Below are positions 35,335 to 46,141 of a stretch of DNA of 64,000 nt, in pieces; position 1 is the stretch's first letter, and the number at the start of each line of letters is the position of its first letter. The notes under the pieces were generated by a model, which saw only the letters and a list, made by a program, of their open reading frames with translations, had not been told where the DNA came from and ran no database searches. Origin of the DNA: Acidobacteriota bacterium (GTDB lineage Bacteria; Acidobacteriota; Vicinamibacteria; Vicinamibacterales; SCN-69-37). The DNA lies in contig CANIII010000017.1 of the NCBI GenBank assembly GCA_947467605.1, positions 28,052 through 92,051 of the forward strand, in the 5' to 3' direction. Position numbers and translations under genes: made by a program.

Positions 35335-35973
35335 TCAGCGGACCTTCACGTCCATGATCTTGTCGAGTTTCGGGAACAGGCGGTCGATGTAGGCGTTGCC
35401 GCCCTCGAAGAGGGGATCCTGTTTGCCGGCGCGGATGCCGCCGCCGGAGTTGCCGCCGTACTCGGAGTAGAGCGCGTCAGCGACGTCCATGCCGCGGATG
35501 ACACGACCGAAGGGGACGAAGGGTTCTTTATCGTGCGTCGGGGAGTTGTCGCGCAGATTGATAAAGACTTGGGTCGTGAGCGCGGCCGGGTCCTTGAACG
35601 CGAACGCCACGGTGCCGCGGACGTTGGAATGTGCGGGGATGAATGGGTCGTTGCGGAATTCCGCGGTGCGCCACAGTTTGGCAATCGTGGGCACGCCGTT
35701 GATGCCAAACTGCGCCCACTGGCCGGCGTCCACCCGATGGATGCGCATGTCGGTGTAGTAACCGAGGCGCGCGAGGTTGTAGAAGCGGTCGGCGCAGCGG
35801 GGCGCCCAGTCGCGCGTGACTTCGATGTCGATTTCGCCTTTGCTCGTCACGAGCGTGACGACAGAGCGCGGCGGGGCCGGGCGAGTAAATTCGGGATTCT
35901 CTGGATGTTCGAGCCGTGATCCGGTCGCTTGCACAGGTAGGATCACGCACAGCAAGGCAGCGAGTAGTCGCAT
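35335..35973 (-). CDS. Cyclophilin-type peptidyl-prolyl isomerase (exported)
   Basis: It has a signal peptide ([16 protein letters not shown]). Cyclophilin-like blocks are [28 protein letters not shown] and GTVAFAF. Confidence 0.6.
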   Translation of the reverse strand: MRLLAALLCVILPVQATGSRLEHPENPEFTRPAPPRSVVTLVTSKGEIDIEVTRDWAPRCADRFYNLARLGYYTDMRIHRVDAGQWAQFGINGVPTIAKLWRTAEFRNDPFIPAHSNVRGTVAFAFKDPAALTTQVFINLRDNSPTHDKEPFVPFGRVIRGMDVADALYSEYGGNSGGGIRAGKQDPLFEGGNAYIDRLFPKLDKIMDVKVR

Positions 35974-35986
35974 GAGGAGACGTTAT

Positions 35987-38527
35987 ATGAAAAAGACTTT
36001 GATTCTGTCGGTGATCGCTGCGGGTGTTCTGGGGCTCACGGCCTATGTTGGCGCGCAGGTGCCGACGGGTTCGGATGGTGTCGCGGCGGACTACGAGCGC
36101 GCGAGGACGCTGACCACGCGTGTCGCCGGGAAGGTGTACCACCAGGCCGAGGCACCGAACTGGATCGCCGGCTCGCCGAAGCTCTGGTATCGCGTCAGCG
36201 TGAAGGGCGGCAACGAGTTCGTGTTGGTTGATGCGGCTGCGGCGACGAAGGCCCCGGCGTTTGATCATGCGAAGCTGGCGACCGGCATCACGACGTTGCT
36301 TGGCGGCACGGCGACTGCCATCACGCTGCCATTCACGACGTTCACGTTCACCGACAACATGACGGCGATCGAGTTTGCGCAAGGCGGCGGACGCGCAGGT
36401 GGTGCCGCCGCGGCCGCGCCGGCCGCACCTGGGGCCGCGGCGGCCCAGCGCGTGCGCTGCACGCTGACCGATTACGTATGCACGCGCGTGTCGGCAACAG
36501 CCGGTGCCGGTGGACAGGGGCGGGCCGGGGCCGGTGGTGCGGCGGGGCGCGCAGGCGGAGCCGGCGCGCCTGGCAACGATGCCCCTCAATTCAAGACGTC
36601 TCCCGACGGCAAGTCGGAGGCGTTCATCCAGAACTTCAACGTCTTCGTGCGGCCCGTCGGCAAAGCGAATGAGGCGACCGCACTCAGCTGGGAAGGCAGC
36701 GAGGGCAACTACTACACCTACCAGTCGATCCAGTGGGCGCCCGACTCGAAGAAGATCGCGGCGTATCGACGCGTGCCGGGCTACAACCGGCAGGTGAGCT
36801 ACGTGCAATCGTCGCCGGCCGACCAACTGCAGCCAAAGTCGTCATCGCGTTTCTACCGCAAGCCCGGTGACACGGTCGACATCGACACACCGGTCATCTT
36901 CAATCTCGACGCGAAGAAACAGACCATCGTCGAGAACACGCTCTTCCCGAATCCGTACGCGAATCAACGGATCGAGTGGCGCAAAGACAGCCGCGCGTTC
37001 ACGTTTGAATACAACCAGCGCGGGCATCAGGTTTATCGCGTGATCGAAGTGGACGCGGCGACGGGCAAGGCGCGCACGGTGATCGAGGAAACCAGCAACA
37101 CGTTCATCGACTATCGGCGCACCGCGGCCGGACTCACCGATGCGTCACGAATGGAGCGCTTTGACATCGCCGACGGCAAAGAGATCGTCTGGATGTCGGA
37201 ACGCGACGGATGGGCGCACCTGTACCTGTATGACGGCGTCACCGGCAAAGTGAAGAGCCAGATCACGTCTGGGCAGTTCGCCGTGCATCACGTAGAGAAG
37301 GTGGACGAGGCGAAGCGGCAGATCTGGTTCACGGCGAATGGCACGGTCATCCCGTGGCAGGCTGGCAACGATCCGTATTTTCTCAACTGGTACCGCATCA
37401 ACCTCGATGGCACGGGGCTGACGCAGTTCACGTCTGCCAATGCGATGCACAACGTGACGTGGTCGCCCGATCAGCAGTTTTACGTCGACACGTATTCGCG
37501 GGTGGATCTGCCGCCGGTGACCGAGTTGCGTCGCACGAGCGATCAGAAGGTCGTGCTCGAACTCGAGAAGGCGGATACGACCGATCTTCTCGCGACGGGT
37601 TGGAAGGCGCCGGAAGTGTTCGTCTCAAAGGCGCGTGACGGCAAGACCGACATCTGGGGCATCATCATTCGCCCAACCAACTTCGATCCGTCGAAGAAGT
37701 ATCCGGTGATCGAAAACATCTACGCGGGCCCACAGGGTTCCTTCGTGCCGAAAACATTCAGCACGCAGACCGGCATGCAAACCCTCGCTGAACTCGGCTT
37801 CATCGTCGTGCAAGTGGACGGCATGGGCACGGCGAATCGCTCGAAGGCGTTTCACGATGTCGCGTGGAAGGATCTCGGTGACGCGGGGTTCCCCGATCGC
37901 ATCCTGTGGCACAAGGCGATCGCGGCGAAGTACCCGTCGTACGACATCACCCGCGTCGGGATCTACGGCACGTCAGCTGGCGGACAGAACTCCGCAGGCG
38001 GTCTGTTGTTCCATCCGGAGTTCTACAAGGTCGCCGTGTCTAACTCCGGCTGCCACGACAATCGGATGGACAAGATCTGGTGGAACGAGCAGTGGATGGG
38101 CTGGCCGATTGGACCGCAGTACGCCGCATCCTCGAATGTCGACAACGCCGCAAAGCTGCAGGGGCATTTGATGTTGGTCGTTCCCGAGCTCGACACGAAC
38201 GTCGATCCGTCAAGCACCATGCAGGTCGTGAGTGCCCTCGTGAAGGCGTCCAAAGAGTTCGAGCTCGTCGTCATTCCCGGCGCCGATCATGGCGCGGGCA
38301 GCCCGATCACTGTCCGCAAGCGCAACGACTTCTTCGTGCGCTACCTGCGCGGCATTGAGCCGCCGAACTGGAACACCGTGCCGGTCGCGGCGCAGACGCC
38401 GGGCGGATCGTCTCTGGTGTACGACGGCTGGAACGTACTTGATGACGAGGCGATGCCTTGGGTGGCGAGCGAGGATTGGGAGATCAGGACGATCAGCGTT
38501 CGAGGCGGCGCAACACCATCAGCGTGA
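35987..38527 (+). CDS. S9-family serine peptidase, dipeptidyl-peptidase IV-like (beta-propeller plus alpha/beta hydrolase)
   Basis: The ATG at 35987 follows the RBS aggaga and gives the signal peptide [24 protein letters not shown]. The catalytic GTSAGG is followed by later Asp (ELDTNVD) and His (GADHG). Confidence 0.8.
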   Translation: MKKTLILSVIAAGVLGLTAYVGAQVPTGSDGVAADYERARTLTTRVAGKVYHQAEAPNWIAGSPKLWYRVSVKGGNEFVLVDAAAATKAPAFDHAKLATGITTLLGGTATAITLPFTTFTFTDNMTAIEFAQGGGRAGGAAAAAPAAPGAAAAQRVRCTLTDYVCTRVSATAGAGGQGRAGAGGAAGRAGGAGAPGNDAPQFKTSPDGKSEAFIQNFNVFVRPVGKANEATALSWEGSEGNYYTYQSIQWAPDSKKIAAYRRVPGYNRQVSYVQSSPADQLQPKSSSRFYRKPGDTVDIDTPVIFNLDAKKQTIVENTLFPNPYANQRIEWRKDSRAFTFEYNQRGHQVYRVIEVDAATGKARTVIEETSNTFIDYRRTAAGLTDASRMERFDIADGKEIVWMSERDGWAHLYLYDGVTGKVKSQITSGQFAVHHVEKVDEAKRQIWFTANGTVIPWQAGNDPYFLNWYRINLDGTGLTQFTSANAMHNVTWSPDQQFYVDTYSRVDLPPVTELRRTSDQKVVLELEKADTTDLLATGWKAPEVFVSKARDGKTDIWGIIIRPTNFDPSKKYPVIENIYAGPQGSFVPKTFSTQTGMQTLAELGFIVVQVDGMGTANRSKAFHDVAWKDLGDAGFPDRILWHKAIAAKYPSYDITRVGIYGTSAGGQNSAGGLLFHPEFYKVAVSNSGCHDNRMDKIWWNEQWMGWPIGPQYAASSNVDNAAKLQGHLMLVVPELDTNVDPSSTMQVVSALVKASKEFELVVIPGADHGAGSPITVRKRNDFFVRYLRGIEPPNWNTVPVAAQTPGGSSLVYDGWNVLDDEAMPWVASEDWEIRTISVRGGATPSA
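36383..36574 (+). repeat. Two coding Gly/Ala/Arg-rich low-complexity tracts flanking a Cys pair
   Basis: The translation reads [22 protein letters not shown] - [17 protein letters not shown] - [25 protein letters not shown], inside the propeller part of the DPP4-like peptidase. Confidence 0.9.
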
Positions 38528-40061
38528 TGTCGTCGAACTGCGGCGTGGTTCCGGCAAACTCATCGATCGCGTCAAAGACTCGGGCCACGATTTCGGCTGA
38601 GGATTGATACCGGACGTCCTGCAGGATCGCCGTCAGGCGGCTCTCGCCAAATTCCTCGTCAGCTTCGTTCTGCGCATCGGGCACACCGTCTGAACAGAGG
38701 ATCAGGCAGTCTCCCGGTTCGATGGCGACGGCCGTGGTGTCGTACGGCAGCCCGGGCGGCAAGAGCCCGAGGGGGGCGCCCGTTGATCCGAGTGCGATGA
38801 TGTCGCCGCTGTCCTTGACCAGCAAGCTGTTGATGTGGCCCGCACTGACGTAGTGGGCCAGGCCCGTGGCCAGTTCCAGTTCCAGCAGTGCCGCAGTGAC
38901 GTACTTGTTGTCGCCGGTCGATCCATGTAGCAGGTCGTGCGCATGCGCCGTCAATTCCTGCAGCGAGGCGGTGCGCCCGAGCAACGCGCGTAGGGTCGCC
39001 TGCATGTGGCTCATCAGCAACGAGGCCGGCACGCCCTTGCCTGACACATCGGCCACGCACAGCAGCACCGATGCTTCGCCGGCGATCGGAATCGCGTCGT
39101 AGTAGTCGCCACCGCAGCGCTTCGCGGGCCGGTTGCGGGCCGCCAGGTCGTAGCCGGAGAGCTGCGGTAAGGTCGCCGGAAACAAGTTGGCCTGGATGCT
39201 GGCAGCGAGTTCAAGCTCCCGTTCGTAACCGGCGCGAGCCACCTCCGCGGCCTTGTTGAGCGCGAGCAGCCGCTCGCGCTCGTGACCGGCCTGCACGGTC
39301 CTCTCGAACAGCCGCGCGTTCTCAATAGCCGTCGCCGCTTGCAGCGCCAGGGTGTTCAGCAGCTTGAGCTCGCGGGCTTCGTAGGCCATGGGCAACGTGC
39401 TCGCCAGCATCATCACCCCGATCACTTTGTCGCCGACCTTCAACGGTGCGCACACGACCGACCGCACGTCGACCACCGCTTTCATCCGGCGCGGGTCGCC
39501 CATCACGTCGTTGACGATCTCACCAACGCCGGTGGCAGCCACCGTACCGGCGATGCCGGTGCCGCGAGTAAATCCGGAGACCCCGGGCAGCTCGTCGCCG
39601 AACGCCGAGGCGGCCGTCAGCGCGCCGGTCTTGTCATCGAGCAGCAGTATCGCCCCATCAGTGGCGACAATCAGATGCCGCGCTTCCGTCAAGGTCAGGT
39701 GAGCGACGCGCTCGAGGTCGAGCAGCGCTGCCAGTTTTTCCGAGAAGGTGTAAATCAGGTTCACTTCGCGGTAGAGCTGGAGGACTTCCGATCCGAGGGC
39801 CTTCCGCTCGGATTCCTTGTCAGCGAGGAAACCGAGCAACGCCGCCATGGCCTCGGCTCCGTGTGCTCCCGACACCGCACCGAGGTGCTGCCCGTCGTGC
39901 ACCACCGGGAACCGCTCGGATCCGCCGGCTGCACCCAGCAGCACTCCACCAGTCGCGTCCTCGACCACCACGGCGCTGCCGAACGCGCGCTCGAAGGCGG
40001 CGACGGCCGGCCGCAGGCCGCTCTGGGCGCCGACGATCTGCTTGAGAGAAACTCGCGCCAT
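38493..40061 (-). CDS. GAF-domain PP2C (SpoIIE/RsbU-type) Ser/Thr phosphatase
   Basis: The ATG at 40061 gives [11 protein letters not shown]. After a GAF region comes the PP2C motif [26 protein letters not shown], with DGVPDAQNE near the C-terminus. Confidence 0.8.
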   Translation of the reverse strand: MARVSLKQIVGAQSGLRPAVAAFERAFGSAVVVEDATGGVLLGAAGGSERFPVVHDGQHLGAVSGAHGAEAMAALLGFLADKESERKALGSEVLQLYREVNLIYTFSEKLAALLDLERVAHLTLTEARHLIVATDGAILLLDDKTGALTAASAFGDELPGVSGFTRGTGIAGTVAATGVGEIVNDVMGDPRRMKAVVDVRSVVCAPLKVGDKVIGVMMLASTLPMAYEARELKLLNTLALQAATAIENARLFERTVQAGHERERLLALNKAAEVARAGYERELELAASIQANLFPATLPQLSGYDLAARNRPAKRCGGDYYDAIPIAGEASVLLCVADVSGKGVPASLLMSHMQATLRALLGRTASLQELTAHAHDLLHGSTGDNKYVTAALLELELATGLAHYVSAGHINSLLVKDSGDIIALGSTGAPLGLLPPGLPYDTTAVAIEPGDCLILCSDGVPDAQNEADEEFGESRLTAILQDVRYQSSAEIVARVFDAIDEFAGTTPQFDDITLMVLRRLER

Positions 40062-40069
40062 GAATCGGG

Positions 40070-40453
40070 TCAGATGCCGAGCACGGCGCGCGCCTTCATC
40101 AGCAGCGCATCGGGGTCGAACGGCTTTGTCATGTAGAGGTCGGCGCCGACCTCGATGCCCCTCTGGCGATCGAACTCCTGTCCCTTGGCCGTGAGCAGGA
40201 CGATGTAGACATTGGTGAGGCCGAGGCCGCGCTTGGCGCGCTCGCACACGTCGAAGCCGCTCAGCTTCGGCATCATCACATCGAGCAACACCAGCTCTGG
40301 TTGCATCGACTCGATCGCGGCGATCGCCTCTTCGCCGTTGGTCGCCATGTGTAGTTCGACGCCCTCGTCCTCGAGTTCTTCGAGCGTCTGGTGCAGGAGT
40401 GTGCGCAGGTGCACTTCATCGTCAACGATCAGGATCTTCTTGCTCACGGACAC
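40070..40453 (-). CDS. Single-domain CheY-like response regulator
   Basis: Matching blocks are KILIVDDEVH, the phospho-acceptor context LVLLDVMMPKLSG, and LTAKG..YMTKPF. Confidence 0.85.
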   Translation of the reverse strand: MSVSKKILIVDDEVHLRTLLHQTLEELEDEGVELHMATNGEEAIAAIESMQPELVLLDVMMPKLSGFDVCERAKRGLGLTNVYIVLLTAKGQEFDRQRGIEVGADLYMTKPFDPDALLMKARAVLGI

Positions 40454-40455
40454 TC

Positions 40456-43400
40456 CTACCGGTAGACAAAAAACAGGACGTTTTCGAGGCCCTTCTCGAA
40501 TCGCAGCGTCTGGACGATCTCGGGCGAGGGCGCGCTCGAGCTCAGCATGATGATGTCGGGTTGCAGCATCTTGGCCTTCTCGAACAGGTCGTGGCCGCGC
40601 GCCTCGGTCACGCTGTAACCGCGGGTCTTCAGGACCTCGGTCAGCGTCTTCAAGGCCGTGGCGTCATCATCGACGACCAGTACGCGCTTGTGGGTCTTGC
40701 GCTGATCGAGCAGGGCACCCACCTCGCGGAACAGGACGTCGGTGTTGATCGGCTTGGTCAGGTAGCGATCGACGCCCAGGCGGAAGCCGCGCTCGCGGTC
40801 CTGGACGATGGACAGGATGATGATTGGGATGTCGAGCGTCTGCGGATCGTTACGGAGGACGGCGGCGACATCGAACCCGTTCATCTCGGGCATCATCACA
40901 TCGAGGACGATCAGGTCGGGACGCTGGCGCCGGACTTCGGCGACCGCTTCTCGGCCGTTGGCCGCGGTGACGACAGCGTAGCCGGCCTCGGTGAACTCCT
41001 GTGTCAGCAACTCGCGGATGTTCGCTTCGTCATCGACGACCAAGATGCGCGGCTGGCGCTCGGCTGTCCGCGGCGTCGTCACCACCACCTGATCGCGCAA
41101 TTGGCGCACTACGGTCGCGAGGTCGAGCGGGAGCGAGGGCTGCGCGCCATCGGCGATCGGCAGCGAGAACGAGAACGTGCTGCCGTGACCCAACTCGCTT
41201 TCCACCCACACACGGCCGCCGTGGTGCTCGATGATCTCGCGGCAAATCGGCAGACCCAGGCCGGTACCCTTGGGTTTGTCGGTCAGCGTGTCGCCCACCT
41301 GCTTGAAGCGTTCGAAGACCTTGGGCTGATCCGTACGGGCAATGCCCAGGCCGGTGTCGATGATGCTCACGACCAGCGTGTCGCCCTCGCGCACGGCGCG
41401 GCAGGTGATGGTGCCAGCGTCGGTGAACTTCACGGCATTGGAGACAAGGTTAATCACGACTTGGATCAGGCGATCGCGATCGCCGGTGATCTGAGGTAGC
41501 GTCGCGTCAATATCCTTCATCAGACGCAGGCCTTTCGGCTCGAGCAACGATGCGGTGGCGGCTGTGGCGTGGTCGATGATCTCCTGGACCGACACCGGCC
41601 CCATGTTCCACTCGAGCTTGCCGGCCTCGATCTTCGCCAGATCGAGCACGTCGTCGATCAGTTTGGTGAGGCGTTCGCCCTCGCCGACCACGACCTGCAG
41701 GTTCTCCCGAATCTGTTGCACGGTCTGCAGGACCTTCTTGTCGTCGGTCTTGACGATCGGAAAGATGCGGTCGTCCAGGCGTTTCTTGATGATCTTGGCG
41801 AATCCGAGCACCGACGTCAGCGGCGTGCGCAGTTCGTGGCTGACCGTCGAGAGGAACGCGCTCTTCGCGGCATCGGCTTCCTCGGCCGCGGCCCGCGCGC
41901 GCTGCGCGTCTTCGAACAAGCGACGGTTGTCGTGCTCCTGTTCATTGATCTGCCGGTAGGCGGCGGCGTTGTCGAGCGCGATGGCCGTGAACGCCGCGAG
42001 GTTTTGCATCATGTTCAAGTGATGCTCAGTGTAGGCGTGCTTCTCCAAACTCTGGATGGTCACGATGCCCAGGACTTTGTCCTTTGATACCAGCGGCAGG
42101 TAGATGATCGACTGCGCCGCTTGCGACATGGTGCCGTCTTCAAGTGCGCGGGCGGCCTCGGCGTAGTGCGGGATGTACTTTGTCGATTCCTGCGCGACGT
42201 CGTTGATGAACACCGGTTCGCGGTGTTCGATGCACCAGACCGGCAACTGGCTGCGGTCGGTGGTGCTGCGGGAGTACGGCGCGTAGCGCTTGCCTTTCTC
42301 AATCGCCAACCGGTACTCGATCTCGTTCTTCTCCGGATGGTAGAGACCCACGCCGAACACGTCGACGTCCGCCAGTTCGTTCACACGGCCGTAGAGCTTG
42401 TCGAAAATGGTGTCGAAGTCGAGCGAGGCGGTGATCTCCCGGCCGATGTCGCTGAGCAGTTCGATGCTGCGGTTACGCTCACGCTCTGCGCCCGCCAGGG
42501 CTTCGGCAGACTCGGCCCGCAGCCGCGCTTCCGCGAACTCTGAACGCCGTCGCTCCTGGCCGATCAGTCGCCGGCGCTGGATCCGGTCGATGCCAAATCC
42601 AACGAATCCGAGCAGCAGGATGTAGCCGCCGTAGGCCCACCAGGTGCGATACCACGGCGGCAGAATCGTGAAGGCGTAGGTGGCTTCCTCGCCGGTCGCG
42701 CCCGTGACGCTGCGCGCGCGCACGTGCAGGCGGTAGTCGCCGAACGACAGATTGGTGAAATCGCGCTTGGCCTCACCCGTCCAGTTGCTCCAGTCCGGAT
42801 CGAGTCCATCGAGCTTCGACTGGTATTGGGTCGCCGTCTCGTCGATATAGGTGGGCGCCGCGAACTCGAGGCGCAACGCGTCAGTTGATGCCGGCAGGCG
42901 AGGTGTCGGGATCTCCGCGGCACCGCCGTAGAGGACGCGATCGCCCGCCGTGACCCGGCGCACGAGGGCACGGAATGGGGCGGTTTTGGCCGCTGCCTGC
43001 TTCAGGTCAAACCGGACAAACTGCTGCTTGTAGCCGAACCACGCGACGTCGCCAGGTTCCACGAAGACGAATCCCGTGGGCACTTGTCCGAACCGGCTGA
43101 ACAACGTGTCGTCGATCGTCCAGCTTCCCTTGCCATTCGGTGTGAGCACGCGCGTGCCCTTGCCCGCGTTGGCGAGGATCGTGGCATTCGGACCCTCGGC
43201 GAGGCCGAAACTGCCGCGCAGCTTGTCGCTCGGGAGGCCGCTGATGAGTTCGTCCTTGATGAACTTCTGAGTCTTCGCATCCCACGTGGCGATGGTGTTG
43301 TCGGCCGCCACCGACCACGGTGTGAAGTACACCGTGCCATGAATGCGGCCAACGCCCACGCCACGCTCCGGCAACCCATCCTTCTCGCTGAATCGAGTGA

Positions 43401-44991
43401 TCGTGGGCGTTGGGCGAGGGGCGCCTGGCGCCGGTGGCGTGGCAAACGTCAGCCGCACCACGCCGGTGGCATTGGTCCCGCACCACAAATTGCCATCATC
43501 ATCTTCTGCGACCGAGCGCACCTGTTCGGGGACGCCCGGGACGCGGCCTTCATCAATCCACTTGCCATTGACCCACCGATATGAGGACAGGCCGTCGAAC
43601 AAACCGATCCAGACTCGGCTGGGATCACGCCGCGACAATTCGAGTGCGGCCGCTCGGAATGTACCGTCTCGGGGCGCGTGGACCGGTGCGGCCTGAGTGC
43701 CGCGAATCTCGTAGAGCCCATCGGTTGATGCGACGGCCAGCACCGGAGGGGTCTTTCCGGCTGGATCCGTCATCTCGACAAACGCCCAACTCTGCCCACC
43801 GATGCCCGGAACTTTCTCAAAGCGCGACGGCTCGCTGGTTGTGGAGGGTTTGAGGTAGTTGACGCCGCTCTGCGCGGCCAGATAGAGGCGCCCCTGAAAC
43901 CGCGTCATCCTCCAGCTGCCGCCGTATCCGTCTGATTCGCTGAACGCAGTGGCCGGCGAGGGGAATTCCACACGACCCATCCCACGCTCTCCCGCGGTCC
44001 AGATCGCGCCTTCGCGATCGGTCATCACGTGGTAGACGGCGTTTGACGGCAAACCCTGCGCGCGGTCCAGCACCATCACCCGGCGACCCTGATGATCCAT
44101 CATCAGCAACCCGCTGCCATTCGTGGCCATGACGAACGTGCCGTCCGCCAGCGTAATGCCTTTGTAGAGCGACGCCGTTTTCAGGAGATCATCCATCTCC
44201 GTCGCGAACTTCGTCAGTGCCACGCCGTCATAGAGGAAGAACCCGTTGTAGCGCGTGCCAATCAGGAGCCGCCGCTCGTCATAGCGGTAGATGATCGGGT
44301 ACACCTCGCGTCCCAGGGATTCGGTTCCCGGCAGCGGCTTGAACACATCGCCGTCGAGCACGTTGAGCCCGGATTCCGGCAGCGTCGCATACAGACGACC
44401 GTCGACGAGCGACGAACGATTGAGTCGCGAAGGCGGACGGATCACCGTCATCTTGTCGTTGGCCCATCGGTAGATCGCTTGTTCGGTTTGGAACAACACG
44501 CCCGACTTCGTGGCCCATATCCGCCACACATCCGAAAACCCGCGCGCGTCAGCCGGCACTTTGTCACTGAGCGACTTGTAGATCATCGTGCCGTTCTGGT
44601 CCGGCGTCAGGTAGCCAAAGTCCAACTGCGCGCCGGCATAGATGACGCCAGCCTCATCGATGGCGAGGGAACGGACGGTCGCGAGGGTCTTGGTTTCAAT
44701 CAGCCGCCAGTGCACGCCATCGAACTCGATCACGCCGCTCTGGCTTCCCACGTAGATGACACCCCGCGCGTCCTGAACCATCGCCCAGTTCTGGCCGGCG
44801 GCGTTGACGTCGAGGGGAGCGTAGGTGCGGATGAAGGGGCGGCCTTCTTCAGCCTGCCGGGCGCCTGCGGTAGCAACAGACATACCGACGGGCCGCACGG
44901 CGGAGGGCGTTTGTGCAAGCGGAGTGACCGCCAACAGGCAAATGGCGGCAAGAACGGCTGGAAGTCGCATTCGAATGCCCCTCGTGAGCAA
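40456..44991 (-). CDS. Hybrid sensor histidine kinase (periplasmic Reg_prop beta-propeller / Y_Y_Y, TM, GAF, HisKA, HATPase_c, receiver, pseudo-receiver)
   Basis: It has a signal sequence, a propeller of about 750 aa, a TM helix (WWAYGGYILLLGFVGFGI) and a GAF domain. The H-box is STVSHELRTPLTSV, with GTGLGLPICREII. REC1 (LIVLDVMMPEMNG) has the acceptor Asp. In REC2 (PDIIMLSSSAP) a Ser sits at the acceptor position. Confidence 0.85.
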   Translation of the reverse strand: MLTRGIRMRLPAVLAAICLLAVTPLAQTPSAVRPVGMSVATAGARQAEEGRPFIRTYAPLDVNAAGQNWAMVQDARGVIYVGSQSGVIEFDGVHWRLIETKTLATVRSLAIDEAGVIYAGAQLDFGYLTPDQNGTMIYKSLSDKVPADARGFSDVWRIWATKSGVLFQTEQAIYRWANDKMTVIRPPSRLNRSSLVDGRLYATLPESGLNVLDGDVFKPLPGTESLGREVYPIIYRYDERRLLIGTRYNGFFLYDGVALTKFATEMDDLLKTASLYKGITLADGTFVMATNGSGLLMMDHQGRRVMVLDRAQGLPSNAVYHVMTDREGAIWTAGERGMGRVEFPSPATAFSESDGYGGSWRMTRFQGRLYLAAQSGVNYLKPSTTSEPSRFEKVPGIGGQSWAFVEMTDPAGKTPPVLAVASTDGLYEIRGTQAAPVHAPRDGTFRAAALELSRRDPSRVWIGLFDGLSSYRWVNGKWIDEGRVPGVPEQVRSVAEDDDGNLWCGTNATGVVRLTFATPPAPGAPRPTPTITRFSEKDGLPERGVGVGRIHGTVYFTPWSVAADNTIATWDAKTQKFIKDELISGLPSDKLRGSFGLAEGPNATILANAGKGTRVLTPNGKGSWTIDDTLFSRFGQVPTGFVFVEPGDVAWFGYKQQFVRFDLKQAAAKTAPFRALVRRVTAGDRVLYGGAAEIPTPRLPASTDALRLEFAAPTYIDETATQYQSKLDGLDPDWSNWTGEAKRDFTNLSFGDYRLHVRARSVTGATGEEATYAFTILPPWYRTWWAYGGYILLLGFVGFGIDRIQRRRLIGQERRRSEFAEARLRAESAEALAGAERERNRSIELLSDIGREITASLDFDTIFDKLYGRVNELADVDVFGVGLYHPEKNEIEYRLAIEKGKRYAPYSRSTTDRSQLPVWCIEHREPVFINDVAQESTKYIPHYAEAARALEDGTMSQAAQSIIYLPLVSKDKVLGIVTIQSLEKHAYTEHHLNMMQNLAAFTAIALDNAAAYRQINEQEHDNRRLFEDAQRARAAAEEADAAKSAFLSTVSHELRTPLTSVLGFAKIIKKRLDDRIFPIVKTDDKKVLQTVQQIRENLQVVVGEGERLTKLIDDVLDLAKIEAGKLEWNMGPVSVQEIIDHATAATASLLEPKGLRLMKDIDATLPQITGDRDRLIQVVINLVSNAVKFTDAGTITCRAVREGDTLVVSIIDTGLGIARTDQPKVFERFKQVGDTLTDKPKGTGLGLPICREIIEHHGGRVWVESELGHGSTFSFSLPIADGAQPSLPLDLATVVRQLRDQVVVTTPRTAERQPRILVVDDEANIRELLTQEFTEAGYAVVTAANGREAVAEVRRQRPDLIVLDVMMPEMNGFDVAAVLRNDPQTLDIPIIILSIVQDRERGFRLGVDRYLTKPINTDVLFREVGALLDQRKTHKRVLVVDDDATALKTLTEVLKTRGYSVTEARGHDLFEKAKMLQPDIIMLSSSAPSPEIVQTLRFEKGLENVLFFVYR

Positions 44992-45022
44992 GCCAGATTC
45001 TACAGGGGAACCAGCCTATGGG

Positions 45023-46132
45023 CTACGTGCCCGTCTTGCTCGACGCCGGCGCATCGCCCGAGGCTGACTCAGCCATCCAGTCTTCGAGATTCTGAAGCTC
45101 GTCTTTCGCCGCATCTTCCGAGATGCCGTGCGTGATCGAAATGTTGAGACGCTTGTCGAGGAACTCTTCGAAGCGCACCCACTTGCCTTCGTCGAGCACG
45201 CGCTGCGTCCACGCGCAGACGGTGACGAGGTTGTTCTGCAGCGTGCTGAGCGCGTCGAGTGACGTGCGAAGACTCGCGAGCAACTCTTCGCGTTCCTCCT
45301 CGGCCGCGCGCTGTTCTGCTTCGCGTCGCTTGAAGATCAAGCCGATCCACAGCACGAGGCCGATGATGATGACGCTCGTCACGCCGAGGTTCAGCGCGAG
45401 ACCGACCTCGCGGCCGAACCATCCGACTGTCTGACCGTGATTGAGCAGGCCGCCAACCGCCAGGGGAAAGAGCACCGCCGCCGGCAGCAGCACGCGCATG
45501 AGCGTGCCGCCTTCCGTCCGCGCCGCAAACAGCGCGACGAAGCCGTGGTCGGGGAACAACCCCATGATGCCGACGCTGATCACGAGCAGCGCCGCCGCCG
45601 TGACCACCGACATGCCAGTGCTTGGGTCGCCCGGCACGGCGAAGAACATCGGCATCGTCGTGACATAACCGAGGAGTGCCAGCCACGTGATGATCGCGCC
45701 AGTGAGCGCACAGACATTCGCGAGGCGACGACGGAGGCCGTTCGCGCGCACGGACAGGAGCACGCCCACACCGAGCAGCACCATCGCCGAGACGGTGTGC
45801 GGCGAACTCGCGCGCTGCGGTGCGCCGGTGCCGAGGTAGAGACTGCTCAGGAGTCGCAGCGCGAGCGCGCCTGCGGCCGTCAGCGCGACGGCAATGAGCC
45901 AGCGCGATGCGCCGACAAAGAGGCCGGTGCTGATGCGACGCGCGGTGATGAGGCCGAGGCTGAGTGCGAGAAGACACGCGCCGGTGACGGGCCGGATGCC
46001 AGGGCCATGCGCGACGGCCGAGCCGAGCCACCCGAGCTGGCCCGACCAGCCAAGCAGCGCGGCGAGGCCGATGGCGCCGGCGACGAGGCCGCACACGTCC
46101 GATAAAGCATTCGCTGGGGAGCGAGAGTGCAC
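45023..46132 (-). CDS. Polytopic membrane protein with cytoplasmic C-terminal coiled-coil and small conserved tail
   Basis: It has about 8 hydrophobic helices, then REAEQRAAEEEREELLASLR, then the tail VTVCAWTQRVLDEGKWVRFEEFLDKRLNISITHGISEDA. Confidence 0.5.
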   Translation of the reverse strand: MHSRSPANALSDVCGLVAGAIGLAALLGWSGQLGWLGSAVAHGPGIRPVTGACLLALSLGLITARRISTGLFVGASRWLIAVALTAAGALALRLLSSLYLGTGAPQRASSPHTVSAMVLLGVGVLLSVRANGLRRRLANVCALTGAIITWLALLGYVTTMPMFFAVPGDPSTGMSVVTAAALLVISVGIMGLFPDHGFVALFAARTEGGTLMRVLLPAAVLFPLAVGGLLNHGQTVGWFGREVGLALNLGVTSVIIIGLVLWIGLIFKRREAEQRAAEEEREELLASLRTSLDALSTLQNNLVTVCAWTQRVLDEGKWVRFEEFLDKRLNISITHGISEDAAKDELQNLEDWMAESASGDAPASSKTGT

Positions 46133-46141
46133 GAACGGATT

